A stretch of 64,000 bases of DNA, taken from positions 1 through 64,000 of IMG/VR virus record IMGVR_UViG_3300028601_000030; one strand, written 5' to 3'. Source of the DNA: a virus (taxonomy: Duplodnaviria > Caudoviricetes). Under the pieces are notes generated by a model, which searched no databases, was not told the origin of the DNA, and saw nothing but the letters and a program-made list of their open reading frames with translations. Shown here piece after piece: positions 1 through 9,360 of this stretch. How positions within the stretch are numbered: the first letter of the stretch is position 1; each line of letters opens with the position of its first letter. The position numbers were made by a program, and so were the translations under genes.

Positions 1-23
1 TAACACATAACAAGGAGTTAAAA

Positions 24-170
24 ATGCCTGAAAAACAGCAAAACACCAAATGCACCGCCCCGGTAGAAACCTACGCCCGCGTTGTCGGCTTCTTCCGCCC
101 AGTCCAGCACTGGAACAAAGGCAAGCAACAGGAGTTCGCCGACCGCCAGACCTTTGATGTGGATAGATAA
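24..170 (+). CDS. Stand-alone 48-aa protein matching the C-terminal glycyl-radical segment of class III ribonucleotide reductase NrdD (not in the ORF track)
   Basis: Hand translation MPEKQQNTKCTAPVETYARVVGFFRPVQHWNKGKQQEFADRQTFDVDR; RBS AAGGAG at 12-17; matches NrdD C-terminal motif E-x-Y-x-RVVG(Y/F)-x-RP-xxx-WN-x-GK-xx-EF-xx-R. Confidence 0.85.
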   Translation: MPEKQQNTKCTAPVETYARVVGFFRPVQHWNKGKQQEFADRQTFDVDR

Positions 171-212
171 CACCTAGTTCAGCGGCTTGCCCGATGCAAC
201 GACTTGTTATGA
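165..212 (-). other. attC-like (integron cassette recombination site) palindrome
   Basis: Minus strand reads TCATAAC-AAGTC-GTTGCATCGG-GCAAG-CCGCTGAAC-TAGGT-GTTATCT: R'' box, 5-nt spacer, L'' with one extra base, L', R' box GTT. Confidence 0.6.
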
Positions 213-230
213 CAACATTTGGAGAGAGAC

Positions 231-515
231 ATGAAAGCAAAACCATTGAATGATTTAGAAATGTTCGAGCTATTACAGGCCGCATACCCCGAAAAATTCC
301 CAGATGACGAAGATGAGACTTGGGAGGCTGCACAGAGCTTTGCGGATGAAATTTATGGCTGGGAAGAAATAGCCGACTTGCTCGGGCGAGTCGCAATGCT
401 GACCATGCCGATGCAGTCACCGTTGACCGGAAAATATGCGTACTGTTTAGGAAAAATTACTATTCACGATGATCAAGCAAGTATGGTAGCTGCTGTACGC
501 CGCGAGGCTGCATAA
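231..515 (+). CDS. Hypothetical phage protein
   Basis: ORF with GGAG RBS, lies between two attC-like elements. Confidence 0.7.
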   Translation: MKAKPLNDLEMFELLQAAYPEKFPDDEDETWEAAQSFADEIYGWEEIADLLGRVAMLTMPMQSPLTGKYAYCLGKITIHDDQASMVAAVRREAA

Positions 516-559
516 ACCACAAGCTAACGCGCAGCGTTTAGCTGTCGCATTTGAGCGCC
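510..559 (-). other. Degenerate attC-like palindrome
   Basis: Minus strand GCTCAAATGCGACAGC-TAAAC-GCTGCGCGTTAGC-TTGTG-GTTTATGC folds with bulged bases; R' has an extra T and R'' is missing. Confidence 0.45.
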
Positions 560-629
560 ATAACCAACGCGGGGAATCGGTTTGGTAGTGAAGCAGATTT
601 CGTTACCAAAATGCGGAGAGGATAGAGAG

Positions 630-836
630 ATGGGGAAGTGTGAAGATTGTAAATACTGGGATAAGTCTGATGGGGAGTGTGTGGGTGTAGGTTTCGACCA
701 ACGCAGCACACAACCTAGCGTAACGGACGGTAATGCAGTTGTATACTTTGATTCTGAGGATACCCAAGGGCTTGTATGTGGTTTTGTTACTGGCCCAGAG
801 TTTGGCTGTGTAAACTTCAAAGTTAAGAAAGGATAG
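630..836 (+). CDS. Small Cys-rich hypothetical protein
   Basis: MGKCEDCKYW...EC...FGCVNF, typical small phage metal-binding ORF; GGAGAGG upstream. Confidence 0.65.
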   Translation: MGKCEDCKYWDKSDGECVGVGFDQRSTQPSVTDGNAVVYFDSEDTQGLVCGFVTGPEFGCVNFKVKKG

Positions 837-873
837 AGGGATGAATAGTAATTATGCAACAGAGCAGGGGATT

Positions 874-927
874 CTTAACGCACAATACAACGCTGCAAGC
901 GAGTGGGGTGATTTGAGCGCCGTTGTG
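874..927 (-). other. Highly degenerate attC-like element
   Basis: Shares TAAC-(G)CACAA start and ATTTGAGCGCC end with the 510-559 element, ends in GTTGTG; arms pair poorly. Confidence 0.3.
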
Positions 928-1031
928 GAGGTAATTTACGAAGAAGACGCCTGGCGCGAGGCGTAGGCCGCAGCATAGCACAGTAACAGCCCCTGCCTTG
1001 CGAAGGGCGGGGAAGGAGGTGAGAGGTGGTG

Positions 1032-1253
1032 ATGCCTAAACAGGCTAAGCTCCGTGTATGTGCTAGTTGTGAATGGATATTCAGAGATAGTATTAGTTGT
1101 CCTAAATGTGGATTTGGTTCTTATGGTGCTAGATCCGTATATGGCGATAAATGCTATAAGTACGAAAGCACTCAACAACCTTGGCTGGATAAAAAGATGT
1201 TTGCATACGAAATGAGGTTATTACGTGAAATTAAAAAAGAAACGGTATGCTGA
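1032..1253 (+). CDS. Zinc-ribbon hypothetical protein
   Basis: CASCEW...CPKCGF motifs; GAGG RBS. Confidence 0.7.
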   Translation: MPKQAKLRVCASCEWIFRDSISCPKCGFGSYGARSVYGDKCYKYESTQQPWLDKKMFAYEMRLLREIKKETVC

Positions 1254-2166
1254 TTATTCGGACGTTGATGCAAAAAGTTTGTTCATCGCAGAAGGTATTC
1301 CGTTTAAAGAAGGAGGCAAAAACGTATCTGCTGGTTGGGTGGGTGTTTGCTGTCCTTTCTGCGGTGAGCAAAACTTTCACCTCGGGGTAAATCTGGAGAC
1401 TAAGCGTTATTCTTGTTGGGTATGTACAGAGACAGGCACACTGCTTAAATTGGTGTCTGTGATACTCGGCATACCTTATTCAAAAGCGCATGATGTTCTT
1501 AAACCGTTTCGTGGGCATAGATATGAAGCACCTATACGGGAGTTAGCTCCTGAGATTATTTACCCAACAAATGTACGGGCTTTATCTTCTAAAGGTCATG
1601 AGTATTTACGTAAAAGAGGATTTGATTCAGAAGAATTGGAAAAGAAATACCATCTACAAGAGACAAATGTACTGTCAGAACTACGGTTGCCCGATCATAC
1701 TCAACCATTCAAATGCAGAATTATAATTCCAATCATCATGGACAGAGAAATTGTCTCATACACAGGTCGTGATTGGACAGGTAAACAAGACCCTCGGTAT
1801 CAGAATGCTCCTTTAGAAGCAAGTACGTTGCACACTTCGGAATGTCTCTACAATCTGGACACAGTTCGGGACAGAGCGTTGATTGTCGAAGGTCCTGCTG
1901 ATGTATGGAAACTTGGTGATGAAACTATCGGTACTCTTGGTGTTAAATTCTCGCATGGGCAAATCAATCGCATCATCCAGAAGAATTTGAAACGTGCGGT
2001 TATTCTGTTTGATGATGGGGCAGAAGCGGCTGCAAAGAGCTTGTACTACACACTGGCACCTTTTATCACAGATTTAAAAGTTTACACCACAATTGATATT
2101 GACCCCGGTGAAATGAATCCCATTGAGGCGAAGAAACTCAAATACGATTTACTTTATGGAGAATAA
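1225..2166 (+). CDS. DNA primase (Zn finger + TOPRIM)
   Basis: CCPFCG...CWVC zinc finger; YTGR, IVEGPADVW and LFDDGAE TOPRIM motifs. Confidence 0.9.
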   Translation: MKLKKKRYADYSDVDAKSLFIAEGIPFKEGGKNVSAGWVGVCCPFCGEQNFHLGVNLETKRYSCWVCTETGTLLKLVSVILGIPYSKAHDVLKPFRGHRYEAPIRELAPEIIYPTNVRALSSKGHEYLRKRGFDSEELEKKYHLQETNVLSELRLPDHTQPFKCRIIIPIIMDREIVSYTGRDWTGKQDPRYQNAPLEASTLHTSECLYNLDTVRDRALIVEGPADVWKLGDETIGTLGVKFSHGQINRIIQKNLKRAVILFDDGAEAAAKSLYYTLAPFITDLKVYTTIDIDPGEMNPIEAKKLKYDLLYGE

Positions 2167-2246
2167 ATTAAGTATTATCCCTGAGTGGTCTAAAAAAATT
2201 CGATAAACAGCGTGTAAAGATGTTTTGGTGGTAATGTCATTAAGTG

Positions 2247-2275
2247 TTGACACTGCCATTAGGATCATGTACGAT
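2247..2275 (+). promoter_or_regulatory. Sigma70-like promoter with an overlapping imperfect inverted repeat
   Basis: TTGACA-17nt-TACGAT with TG extension; TGGTAATGTCA (2229-2239) and TGACACTGCCA (2248-2258) pair at 9 of 11 positions. Confidence 0.7.
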
Positions 2276-2332
2276 ATACACATAACGAATTAACAGCAAT
2301 AAAATCAATATTTTATCGACCTTCGAAAATTT

Positions 2333-2354
2333 AGCCCGACAAAATTGTCGGGCT
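2333..2354. promoter_or_regulatory. Perfect 10-bp hairpin just upstream of an RBS
   Basis: AGCCCGACAA-AA-TTGTCGGGCT. Confidence 0.55.
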
Positions 2355-2372
2355 TGATATCTATCTTAGGAG

Positions 2373-2861
2373 TTGTCTATGGAAAAAACATTTTTAGAAA
2401 ATAAATTTCAAACTGATTGCTCTTCAATTATTGGTATATGGGAAATAATAAATGAGATCAAAAATGACTCTCATCTATGGGGATTATTTAGCCTTGCAAT
2501 ATCTCCTGTAATTGAATCAGTGGACGAGGAAGAACTAAAACAATTATTCTGCACCGATTATTTGATTACTGCTGTGTATAAGGCAGTTAAAAGCAAAGAA
2601 GCAGAAGATTCTTTCTTTGGGGAATTTAGACAGATTTTAAAAAATACAAAGGAGCTTACAGAAACGGAAATAGAATGGATTCTCCAATTTAATAGAGAAT
2701 ATATTTTCTTCGCCGATACAGATTCTATGAAAGTTCTTACACATGGAATATCACTGCAAGAAATGATGGATCAATCAAAGACTAAATGGAAAAAAGAGAA
2801 GCCAAGAGAATCATTTTTCTCTTGGCTTCAAGCTCAGTATGAAAAACCGGAGGAAATATGA
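2373..2861 (+). CDS. Hypothetical protein
   Basis: 162-aa ORF with AGGAG RBS, no recognised motif. Confidence 0.7.
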   Translation: MSMEKTFLENKFQTDCSSIIGIWEIINEIKNDSHLWGLFSLAISPVIESVDEEELKQLFCTDYLITAVYKAVKSKEAEDSFFGEFRQILKNTKELTETEIEWILQFNREYIFFADTDSMKVLTHGISLQEMMDQSKTKWKKEKPRESFFSWLQAQYEKPEEI

Positions 2862-4240
2862 TTAGAATTGAAGGAGGGTTCGCCAGAACATCCACGTTAA
2901 TCAAAAAATACCTCAGTAGTTCAGACTGCTCTTCCTACCTGATGTTTATTGCAGATCATTGTACTATGCACGGGGATAAAAAAGCAACGACTGAAAAATA
3001 TAAATATTTCACGCAAGGATATATAAAAAGATTAACTGGAATTTCTTTGCGTTCGCAAAGAAGGTACATGCTTCAATTGCAAGAATGGAAATTTCTTTCT
3101 GTGCATAGAGGAGCAAGGAATGAGGTTAAGTTTTATGAGATCCACGAACAGAATATCATGTCCTTTTTCAATGACCCAGAAGCATACAAAGAAGCAAAGG
3201 AACAAAATGCGCTTTGTATTGTGAATTATGTCAATCCTATCAAGCACTTAACTACACCCTCTAAAAAAACTGAGCCTGACAAGATGACAGGCTTAAATAC
3301 AAATCGAGACCTACACGCTGACAGTCTCTCTTTAAAAGAAAAGAAGAACTTAAAAGAAGAAGACAATCAAAGATTGTCTACGACGCCTTCTCCGAAGACG
3401 GCGTTGCAACGTAGGAAAAAACAGAAAGAAGTGAACAACAGAACCTTGCCTGTTGTTCAACGAAAAGATGAAGAAATTTCACCAAAGAGAAAATCAATCA
3501 ATGACTTTGCTTATTCCAGAAACTTTGTGAGAGTCAAGAAACTGTGGAACTCTTTGCCCACAAGAAAACTAAGTGACTACAATCCAGAAAAACAAAACAA
3601 AACATTGGACAGATCAATTCTTGCAGTTCAAGCTTTGCTCAATGGTAGATTGCTTGAGACTGGAATAACTACTGCCGAGAATAAAAAGGTTCATGTTAAA
3701 CTTCCAGATAATTTCAATGTTGATGATTGTGGAAAACTTGACATTCATTGGTTGCTGGAGAAAATTGAACGATTTGGAAAAATCATCGAAGATGAACAGC
3801 TTGCCCCGAGAAATAAGGATTTCTTGCGCCGATTGTCTCTTGGTGATTTTATTTTAGGTGCAATGACAAATCAGGGTCAATCTGAATCAGTTATGTTCCA
3901 GTATTGTTGTGGGGAAGTTCAGACTGTTTGGGAAGACCCACACCCAGACATTACTTCCGCAATTTGTCATCACTTCAATACCTGGACAGAGAAAGAGCAT
4001 GATTATTCCGGTCGGGAATTGCGCGAATTATCCAAGCTAAGTGAAAAGCTTGTGGAGTTTGCAGAACAGAAGGATGTCAAACGTAGCAGACATTTAGGAA
4101 AAGGCAATGTTGCTAGACTGGCTAATGTGTTTATGAAAACCCTCAGCATTGCTTGGGGAGCGCATTTCATGGTTATAAATCCAACAACTCTTGCAAAGGA
4201 GAATGCTTGGAAAACTTTTGTGAATAATGTGGAGTATTAA
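2858..4240 (+). CDS. Putative replication initiator (N-terminal winged HTH)
   Basis: N-terminal wHTH-like segment (YIKRLTGISLRSQRRYMLQLQEWKFL), basic low-complexity middle, position between primase and helicase. Confidence 0.55.
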   Translation: MIRIEGGFARTSTLIKKYLSSSDCSSYLMFIADHCTMHGDKKATTEKYKYFTQGYIKRLTGISLRSQRRYMLQLQEWKFLSVHRGARNEVKFYEIHEQNIMSFFNDPEAYKEAKEQNALCIVNYVNPIKHLTTPSKKTEPDKMTGLNTNRDLHADSLSLKEKKNLKEEDNQRLSTTPSPKTALQRRKKQKEVNNRTLPVVQRKDEEISPKRKSINDFAYSRNFVRVKKLWNSLPTRKLSDYNPEKQNKTLDRSILAVQALLNGRLLETGITTAENKKVHVKLPDNFNVDDCGKLDIHWLLEKIERFGKIIEDEQLAPRNKDFLRRLSLGDFILGAMTNQGQSESVMFQYCCGEVQTVWEDPHPDITSAICHHFNTWTEKEHDYSGRELRELSKLSEKLVEFAEQKDVKRSRHLGKGNVARLANVFMKTLSIAWGAHFMVINPTTLAKENAWKTFVNNVEY

Positions 4241-4348
4241 AATCTTGCTTCTAAGCGATTTGCCTATAGCTATCTATGCACTGACTCGTTTTTAAATTTT
4301 CTTTTCATTCACCGCTAAATTTCGCAGCGGAAAGCAGAGGTATGTTGT

Positions 4349-5923
4349 ATGTCTCGTGTCAATGTTCGTGAACTAAAGCTAGAATCAAATGCCGAAGATT
4401 TATTTTTGACAGGGATGATAGTCTCGGATGAATTTCTGAAAGGAATCACACATGTATTTGAACCTATCTATTTTAAATCTAGGCACATTCGTAAAGTTTC
4501 TGAATGGGTAATTGACTATTACGAGGAATTCAAAGAAGCTCCACAAGCAGAGATACAAAACATCTTTGAAGTGGAAGCTCGCAACGAAGACATTGCAGAT
4601 GCGGAATTGATTGAAACCCTTCTACACAACATATCAAAGCGTTATGTTGGTCAAGAGTTTAACGCTGGATATCTTATTCCGAAGATGCTTGATTACATCA
4701 GGGAACGTGTAGTTGAGATAACATTGGATGATGCTCGTTGGAACCTACGCAAAAAAGGTGCTGACGAAGCTTGGCTGACATTGAACAAAATTAAAGAGGT
4801 TCGGCAACAAACTCATAACTCAATCAATTTTGTTGGTGACTTCAAACAGAACTTTGATTCGTGGTACTACGCAAGCAAAGATGAAATCATGCGTTTTCCT
4901 GGCGCTCTTGGTTATTACTTTGCTCCTCTCCTCCGCAAAAAACTCATAGCCTTTCTTGCCCCTCCTAAACGAGGTAAATCTTGGTGGTTGTTGTACGTAG
5001 CTTTTGTGGCTGCAACCCACAGACTGAGAGTAGCTTTCTTTTCTTTGGAAATGTCTGAAGATGAAGTCCAAGAGCGTTTGTCGATAATGATTAACGCTCA
5101 TGAGCCTGGTTCGGGAAAAGAGACATACACTTTTCCAATTTGTGACTGTGTTCACAATCAATCAGGTAACTGCACAAATCCCCAATGGGTTAATCCTAGT
5201 GACGGAATACTTGAAAATGGCATCCCAATGGAATTTGAAGAAGCTCCTGAATGGATGCCTTGCACAGCATGCCGTGTTGATTGGAGTGAACGTGATGCTC
5301 CATATCAGTCTACAGATTACGAGTTTGCTCCTTGGAAATATGAAGAAGACCGCAAGAAATTAAACAAGAAAGAAATTCAAGAAGAAATGGAACGTTTCTC
5401 CCTTCATTTCGGTCCTGATGTTCTCAAACTTTTTACTTATCGTATTGGGTCTGCAAGCGTAGCTGATATTGAAAATGACCTTGATGAAGAGGAAAGATTG
5501 TTTGGTTGGGTGCCTGATGTAGTGATTATCGACTATGCTGATATTGCAAAGAAGAATGCTCAGATGGGAGAACGTAGGCATCAGCTTTCAGATATTTGGG
5601 AACAGCTTTCTGGTATGACTAAAGAGCGGAACGTTCTTACATTCACTGCTTCACAAGGCAACAGGGGTTCAGCAAGTAAGCGTACCCTCGGTGCTGATGA
5701 TATTTCAGAAGACTGGGGAAAGGTTATGATTGTTGATGGTCTTATCACCATTAACGAAGACAACAAAGAGAAAAACAAAACGGAGAAAGATCGTTACTGG
5801 CAAGTTCAGCGTTTGAAATGGGTTGCACATAGGTACAAAAAAGACTTACGTGAATGGGAAGAATGTACCGTGCTTCAAAATCTTGGTCTTGGTCAAGTAC
5901 GTTTAGATTCGGAGATTACTTAA
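4349..5923 (+). CDS. DnaB-like (SF4) replicative helicase
   Basis: Walker A APPKRGKS, FFSLEMS, VIIDYAD, TASQGNR motifs. Confidence 0.9.
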   Translation: MSRVNVRELKLESNAEDLFLTGMIVSDEFLKGITHVFEPIYFKSRHIRKVSEWVIDYYEEFKEAPQAEIQNIFEVEARNEDIADAELIETLLHNISKRYVGQEFNAGYLIPKMLDYIRERVVEITLDDARWNLRKKGADEAWLTLNKIKEVRQQTHNSINFVGDFKQNFDSWYYASKDEIMRFPGALGYYFAPLLRKKLIAFLAPPKRGKSWWLLYVAFVAATHRLRVAFFSLEMSEDEVQERLSIMINAHEPGSGKETYTFPICDCVHNQSGNCTNPQWVNPSDGILENGIPMEFEEAPEWMPCTACRVDWSERDAPYQSTDYEFAPWKYEEDRKKLNKKEIQEEMERFSLHFGPDVLKLFTYRIGSASVADIENDLDEEERLFGWVPDVVIIDYADIAKKNAQMGERRHQLSDIWEQLSGMTKERNVLTFTASQGNRGSASKRTLGADDISEDWGKVMIVDGLITINEDNKEKNKTEKDRYWQVQRLKWVAHRYKKDLREWEECTVLQNLGLGQVRLDSEIT

Positions 5924-6291
5924 TGGACAAACTTCTTTTTCCAAAATGTGGTATATATATTTCGGATGTTGAAAGAATTGCTAAATACGCAGATAATAAA
6001 CGACACGCGGCAAAACTTTTGGGTATAAGTGAGCGCCAATTTTACAGCGTGATTAAATCCCAAAATTTGGATCATCTTTTCCAGTTAAAAAAGAAACGTA
6101 AAATAACCATAACAAAACAAGATTTGCAAGAGCTGGCTGAGATTGGCGTAACCATTGCTGATGCCGCAGCTATTCTGGAAACTGATCGTGGTTGGGTACG
6201 TAAACTTTTAAACCGCTGGAACATGCGTCATTTGTTTGAGACAAATTCTGGCAAGTGTTCATGGAAAGCAAGGAGGGGATATTGTGGATGA
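5923..6291 (+). CDS. Tandem HTH DNA-binding protein
   Basis: Two HTH-like segments: KRHAAKLLGISERQFY and TIADAAAILETDRGWV. Confidence 0.6.
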   Translation: MDKLLFPKCGIYISDVERIAKYADNKRHAAKLLGISERQFYSVIKSQNLDHLFQLKKKRKITITKQDLQELAEIGVTIADAAAILETDRGWVRKLLNRWNMRHLFETNSGKCSWKARRGYCG

Positions 6292-6607
6292 TCTAAAAAA
6301 TTGTCCGGTTTGTGGAGCACCAGCTGAAGCTGAATACTGTGAAAATGAATTAGGTATGGGATTGGTAAGATGTACAGAATGCCATATGAGGGTATTTGGT
6401 GAAATTGATTCAGTTATCAGTTTTTGGAATGAGCAGGCAAAGGTGTACAGTATGGGTAATCGAAAATACCAAGAAGAATTAGACTGTTTGAAAAAATGCG
6501 AAGAAACGTTACGCGCGTTGGTAGAAGCAAAGTGTTTGAAAAATTCTGGAAAAACTTCTCCAGAATCTGAAGAAAAGAAAGAAAGAGGATGGACACAAGC
6601 AATATAA
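6284..6607 (+). CDS. Lar (restriction alleviation)-family zinc-ribbon protein
   Basis: LKNCPVCGAPA...VRCTECH...FWN pattern; AGGAGG RBS before GTG. Confidence 0.6.
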   Translation: MDDLKNCPVCGAPAEAEYCENELGMGLVRCTECHMRVFGEIDSVISFWNEQAKVYSMGNRKYQEELDCLKKCEETLRALVEAKCLKNSGKTSPESEEKKERGWTQAI

Positions 6608-7038
6608 TCTATTTGACGAGGAGCTTGTTAATGCACAATGAAGGGTGTCGGGCATTTTTTGAGCGCAAATATGAACCATATGATATGTTTTGTCCTTTAA
6701 TGGCTTCAGTCGATGCCAAACCGGTCAACAACTACTGGAAAGAAAAATGCGAGGCTCGTCAAAAAAATCCTTTTCACCGTGAAACTTGCGGATACGGCAA
6801 GGGGTGTCAAGCACACAAAACAGCTTACATGGATAATATCCTAATTGACGAAATAAAACATATCGACTTTCGTTTAAACGAAGAACCAAAGAAGATATAT
6901 GACGCAAGCTCACTTTTGATAAGGACTCGCATGACATTCAAAGTCATTGCACGAGAAGTAGGTTTAGAACTCAAACACATCATGAGAATTGCAAACGCAC
7001 TGCGTAACAATGGGTACACTCTATATAAGGACAGGTGA
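6589..7038 (+). CDS. Hypothetical protein, possible C-terminal HTH
   Basis: ORF in operon; MTFKVIAREVGLELKHI segment. Confidence 0.6.
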   Translation: MDTSNIIYLTRSLLMHNEGCRAFFERKYEPYDMFCPLMASVDAKPVNNYWKEKCEARQKNPFHRETCGYGKGCQAHKTAYMDNILIDEIKHIDFRLNEEPKKIYDASSLLIRTRMTFKVIAREVGLELKHIMRIANALRNNGYTLYKDR

Positions 7039-7307
7039 TGATAGATCTTAACGAAGTAGACGAGGTGGTTACGACTCTAAGAGATGAAGTATACCAAACT
7101 TCAGGTTGTTGTGAATATTTTAATTTGTTCGGGCAATTTGCAGACGGTGAAATATTCATAGAGTTTTTAGGAATCAACATCTGGAATACAGTTGATGATG
7201 ATCGGGAATACATTGACGAAGACAATGATATTCGTGTTCCATTGGAAGATCACTTACGTAAGAGAATAAATGAGGAAATCGCTAAGGTATCTAAAATAAA
7301 ATTATAA
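7035..7307 (+). CDS. Hypothetical acidic protein
   Basis: ORF with overlapping stop/start in operon. Confidence 0.65.
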   Translation: MMIDLNEVDEVVTTLRDEVYQTSGCCEYFNLFGQFADGEIFIEFLGINIWNTVDDDREYIDEDNDIRVPLEDHLRKRINEEIAKVSKIKL

Positions 7308-7319
7308 CGGGAGGAAAAA

Positions 7320-7916
7320 ATGGGTTCTCAGTTCGTACAGCCAGAAATTCCAGAAATTGAAGAAAAGTACACTAAGGAGTATTTTCAAAAGCGTAGACGC
7401 AACATCCGACAAGAACTTGGAGTAATAGAAGCGAATCATGTTGTTAATGGAGGAACTACTGATTTAGTTTCAAACCTACTCACTCGGAAACATGCGGTTG
7501 AATTGTTGGAAGCAAAACACATGACTACCATTTCTAAGAAAGTCAATTTTGCTTCCGCTCATTTCTTGCCTGAACATCCTGGTAAATGTCGAAATCTCCA
7601 TGGACATGAATGGACAGTTGAAGTTGCTATTGAAGCTCCTGTAACAAAGTCTGGAATGGTTATGGATTTTGGTACATTGAAACAAATTCTAAATACTTAC
7701 GTGGTTGAAAAGCTTGACCATGCTTTTCTAAATATGCTGGTTGTTAATCCTACAGCAGAAAATTTGGCGATGTATATCTGGAACATTCTCCAATACGAAG
7801 CTGAATTGAAATTGATCACGTACATTCGCTTGTGGGAAAGTCCCAATTCAATGGTCGAATTGATAGAGAAGCAGATGCAGTATGCAACTCGGGGCATGTG
7901 GGATTGGGAGGTTTAA
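7320..7916 (+). CDS. queD: 6-carboxy-5,6,7,8-tetrahydropterin synthase with about 70-aa N-terminal extension
   Basis: FASAHFL...CRNLHGHEW, GMVMDFG, LDHAFLN, PTAENLA, WESP motifs. Confidence 0.95.
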   Translation: MGSQFVQPEIPEIEEKYTKEYFQKRRRNIRQELGVIEANHVVNGGTTDLVSNLLTRKHAVELLEAKHMTTISKKVNFASAHFLPEHPGKCRNLHGHEWTVEVAIEAPVTKSGMVMDFGTLKQILNTYVVEKLDHAFLNMLVVNPTAENLAMYIWNILQYEAELKLITYIRLWESPNSMVELIEKQMQYATRGMWDWEV

Positions 7917-8576
7917 ATGGAACCAGTTTATTCTGTAGTGGAATTTTTTGAATCTATTTCAGGAGAAGTAGGAACAACAATCCCGCAAGGTGAACGTACT
8001 TGGTTTCTGCGATTTGCTGGATGTTCTTTGCAGTGCAAATGGTGCGATTCTCAGCATTCTTGGAACTCTGCAAGCAAGAGGATAACTCTGATAGATTTGA
8101 TGGACGATATTGCATTTGCTGCTCCTACAAATCTGATTGTTACTGGTGGTGAACCTTTTGAACAACCACACATTTATAAATTTTTTGATACATTGTGCAA
8201 GACAGAAATCAAGAACATTGCTGTTGAAACGGGTGGTGTAGAAATTGATGATTTTTTCCTTTTGCATAAACGTGGAAGGATCAGTATAATCGCCGATTAC
8301 AAACCCAGAAGTGCTGGTATAGAAAAAGAACACAACACCCTTAATTATGACTATTTGCGGTCTGAAGATGTTGTAAAGTTTCCTGTTGCCACTGATGAAG
8401 ATTTAGATGAAGCTATCAAAACGTGGCAACATTTAGCATGGAATGAACACGGACCAAAATTTGCATTTACACCAATATTCCCTATGACAGCCGAAAAATT
8501 GTTTGAGCGTCTACGCTGTTTCCCCGATTCTTTTAGAATAAACGGGCAGTTACATAAATATTTCGGACTTGCTTGA
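7917..8576 (+). CDS. queE: 7-carboxy-7-deazaguanine synthase (radical SAM)
   Basis: FESISGE, FLRFAGCSLQCKWCDS, VTGGEP, VETGG, QLHKY motifs. Confidence 0.92.
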   Translation: MEPVYSVVEFFESISGEVGTTIPQGERTWFLRFAGCSLQCKWCDSQHSWNSASKRITLIDLMDDIAFAAPTNLIVTGGEPFEQPHIYKFFDTLCKTEIKNIAVETGGVEIDDFFLLHKRGRISIIADYKPRSAGIEKEHNTLNYDYLRSEDVVKFPVATDEDLDEAIKTWQHLAWNEHGPKFAFTPIFPMTAEKLFERLRCFPDSFRINGQLHKYFGLA

Positions 8577-8584
8577 TTTTTTTC

Positions 8585-8613
8585 TTGACGTACACAGCGT
8601 ATATGTATAGATT
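8585..8613 (+). promoter_or_regulatory. Sigma70-like promoter
   Basis: TTGACG-17nt-TAGATT in the gap after queE. Confidence 0.6.
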
Positions 8614-8648
8614 ATGTGCATGATGTTAAAACAAAAAGAGAGGTTGTC

Positions 8649-8810
8649 ATGGAGAAGAATTTTGAAATACCTACCCTTGAGTGTAAACGATGCGGGCACG
8701 AATGGGTACCTAGGGTAAAAGTAATCCGCACCTGTCCAAAATGCCGTTCCCCTTATTGGGACACACCAGCGCAATCCACAAAGAAGGAGAAAGAAAATGA
8801 CCTACAATGA
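8649..8810 (+). CDS. Small zinc-ribbon protein
   Basis: CKRCGHEWVPR...CPKCRSPYW; GAGG RBS. Confidence 0.75.
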   Translation: MEKNFEIPTLECKRCGHEWVPRVKVIRTCPKCRSPYWDTPAQSTKKEKENDLQ

Positions 8811-9294
8811 TCTGAAAACTGCGGTCAAGGAACTGAACGATCTGACGCTTGAAGGGCTAGATAAGCTCAAAACTGTCGGACTTCGCAAAGAAGTTCTTCT
8901 GGAGAGTTTTCTCCGTTCAGTTGAGAAAGTAGATGATCTCGGTAAAACTGAGGAGCTTCCCGCTTCCATCATCGAAGCGTACAACTGGTTCTCCAAGAAC
9001 GAAATGGAAGAATCCCCCAGTGCGAAAAAGGGAGCTGGACAAGCAAAGAAAAAGTCCATCAAGAAGTCTCGGTATGGTCACGTTCAGAGTGCCGTGTCTG
9101 GTAAGTTGGATGATATGTTGTTTGAAGGTGCAACCATTGCTGATGTGATGCAGGCGCTGGAACTGAAGCGTACTCGCGTCATTGGTCATATCAAGCATCT
9201 GAAAAATGACAAAGGTCTTACCTTCATTGAAGAAAAGCCCGCAGATGGTAAGCTGAATGACACCTTCTACCGTTGCAAAGAAGAATCTGCATAA
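8797..9294 (+). CDS. Putative DNA-binding protein (C-terminal wHTH-like)
   Basis: AAGGAG RBS; C-terminal GATIADVMQALELKRTRVIGHIKHL. Confidence 0.6.
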   Translation: MTYNDLKTAVKELNDLTLEGLDKLKTVGLRKEVLLESFLRSVEKVDDLGKTEELPASIIEAYNWFSKNEMEESPSAKKGAGQAKKKSIKKSRYGHVQSAVSGKLDDMLFEGATIADVMQALELKRTRVIGHIKHLKNDKGLTFIEEKPADGKLNDTFYRCKEESA

Positions 9295-9319
9295 TATGTA
9301 GTTGGTACATACTTTTATT

Positions 9320-9360
9320 GAAGGGAACGGAATTAGCTTTTCGTTCCCTTCTTTCTTTTT
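9320..9360 (+). terminator. Intrinsic terminator
   Basis: GAAGGGAACG...CGTTCCCTTC stem followed by TTTCTTTTT. Confidence 0.8.

Noticed and set aside
841-966. 41-aa ORF MNSNYATEQG...
   Set aside because: It overlaps the degenerate attC-like element and has no recognisable motif; coding status is uncertain.
3300-3480. Iteron-containing origin within the initiator-like gene
   Set aside because: Only low-complexity A/G-rich repeats encoding Lys/Glu; no clear iterons.
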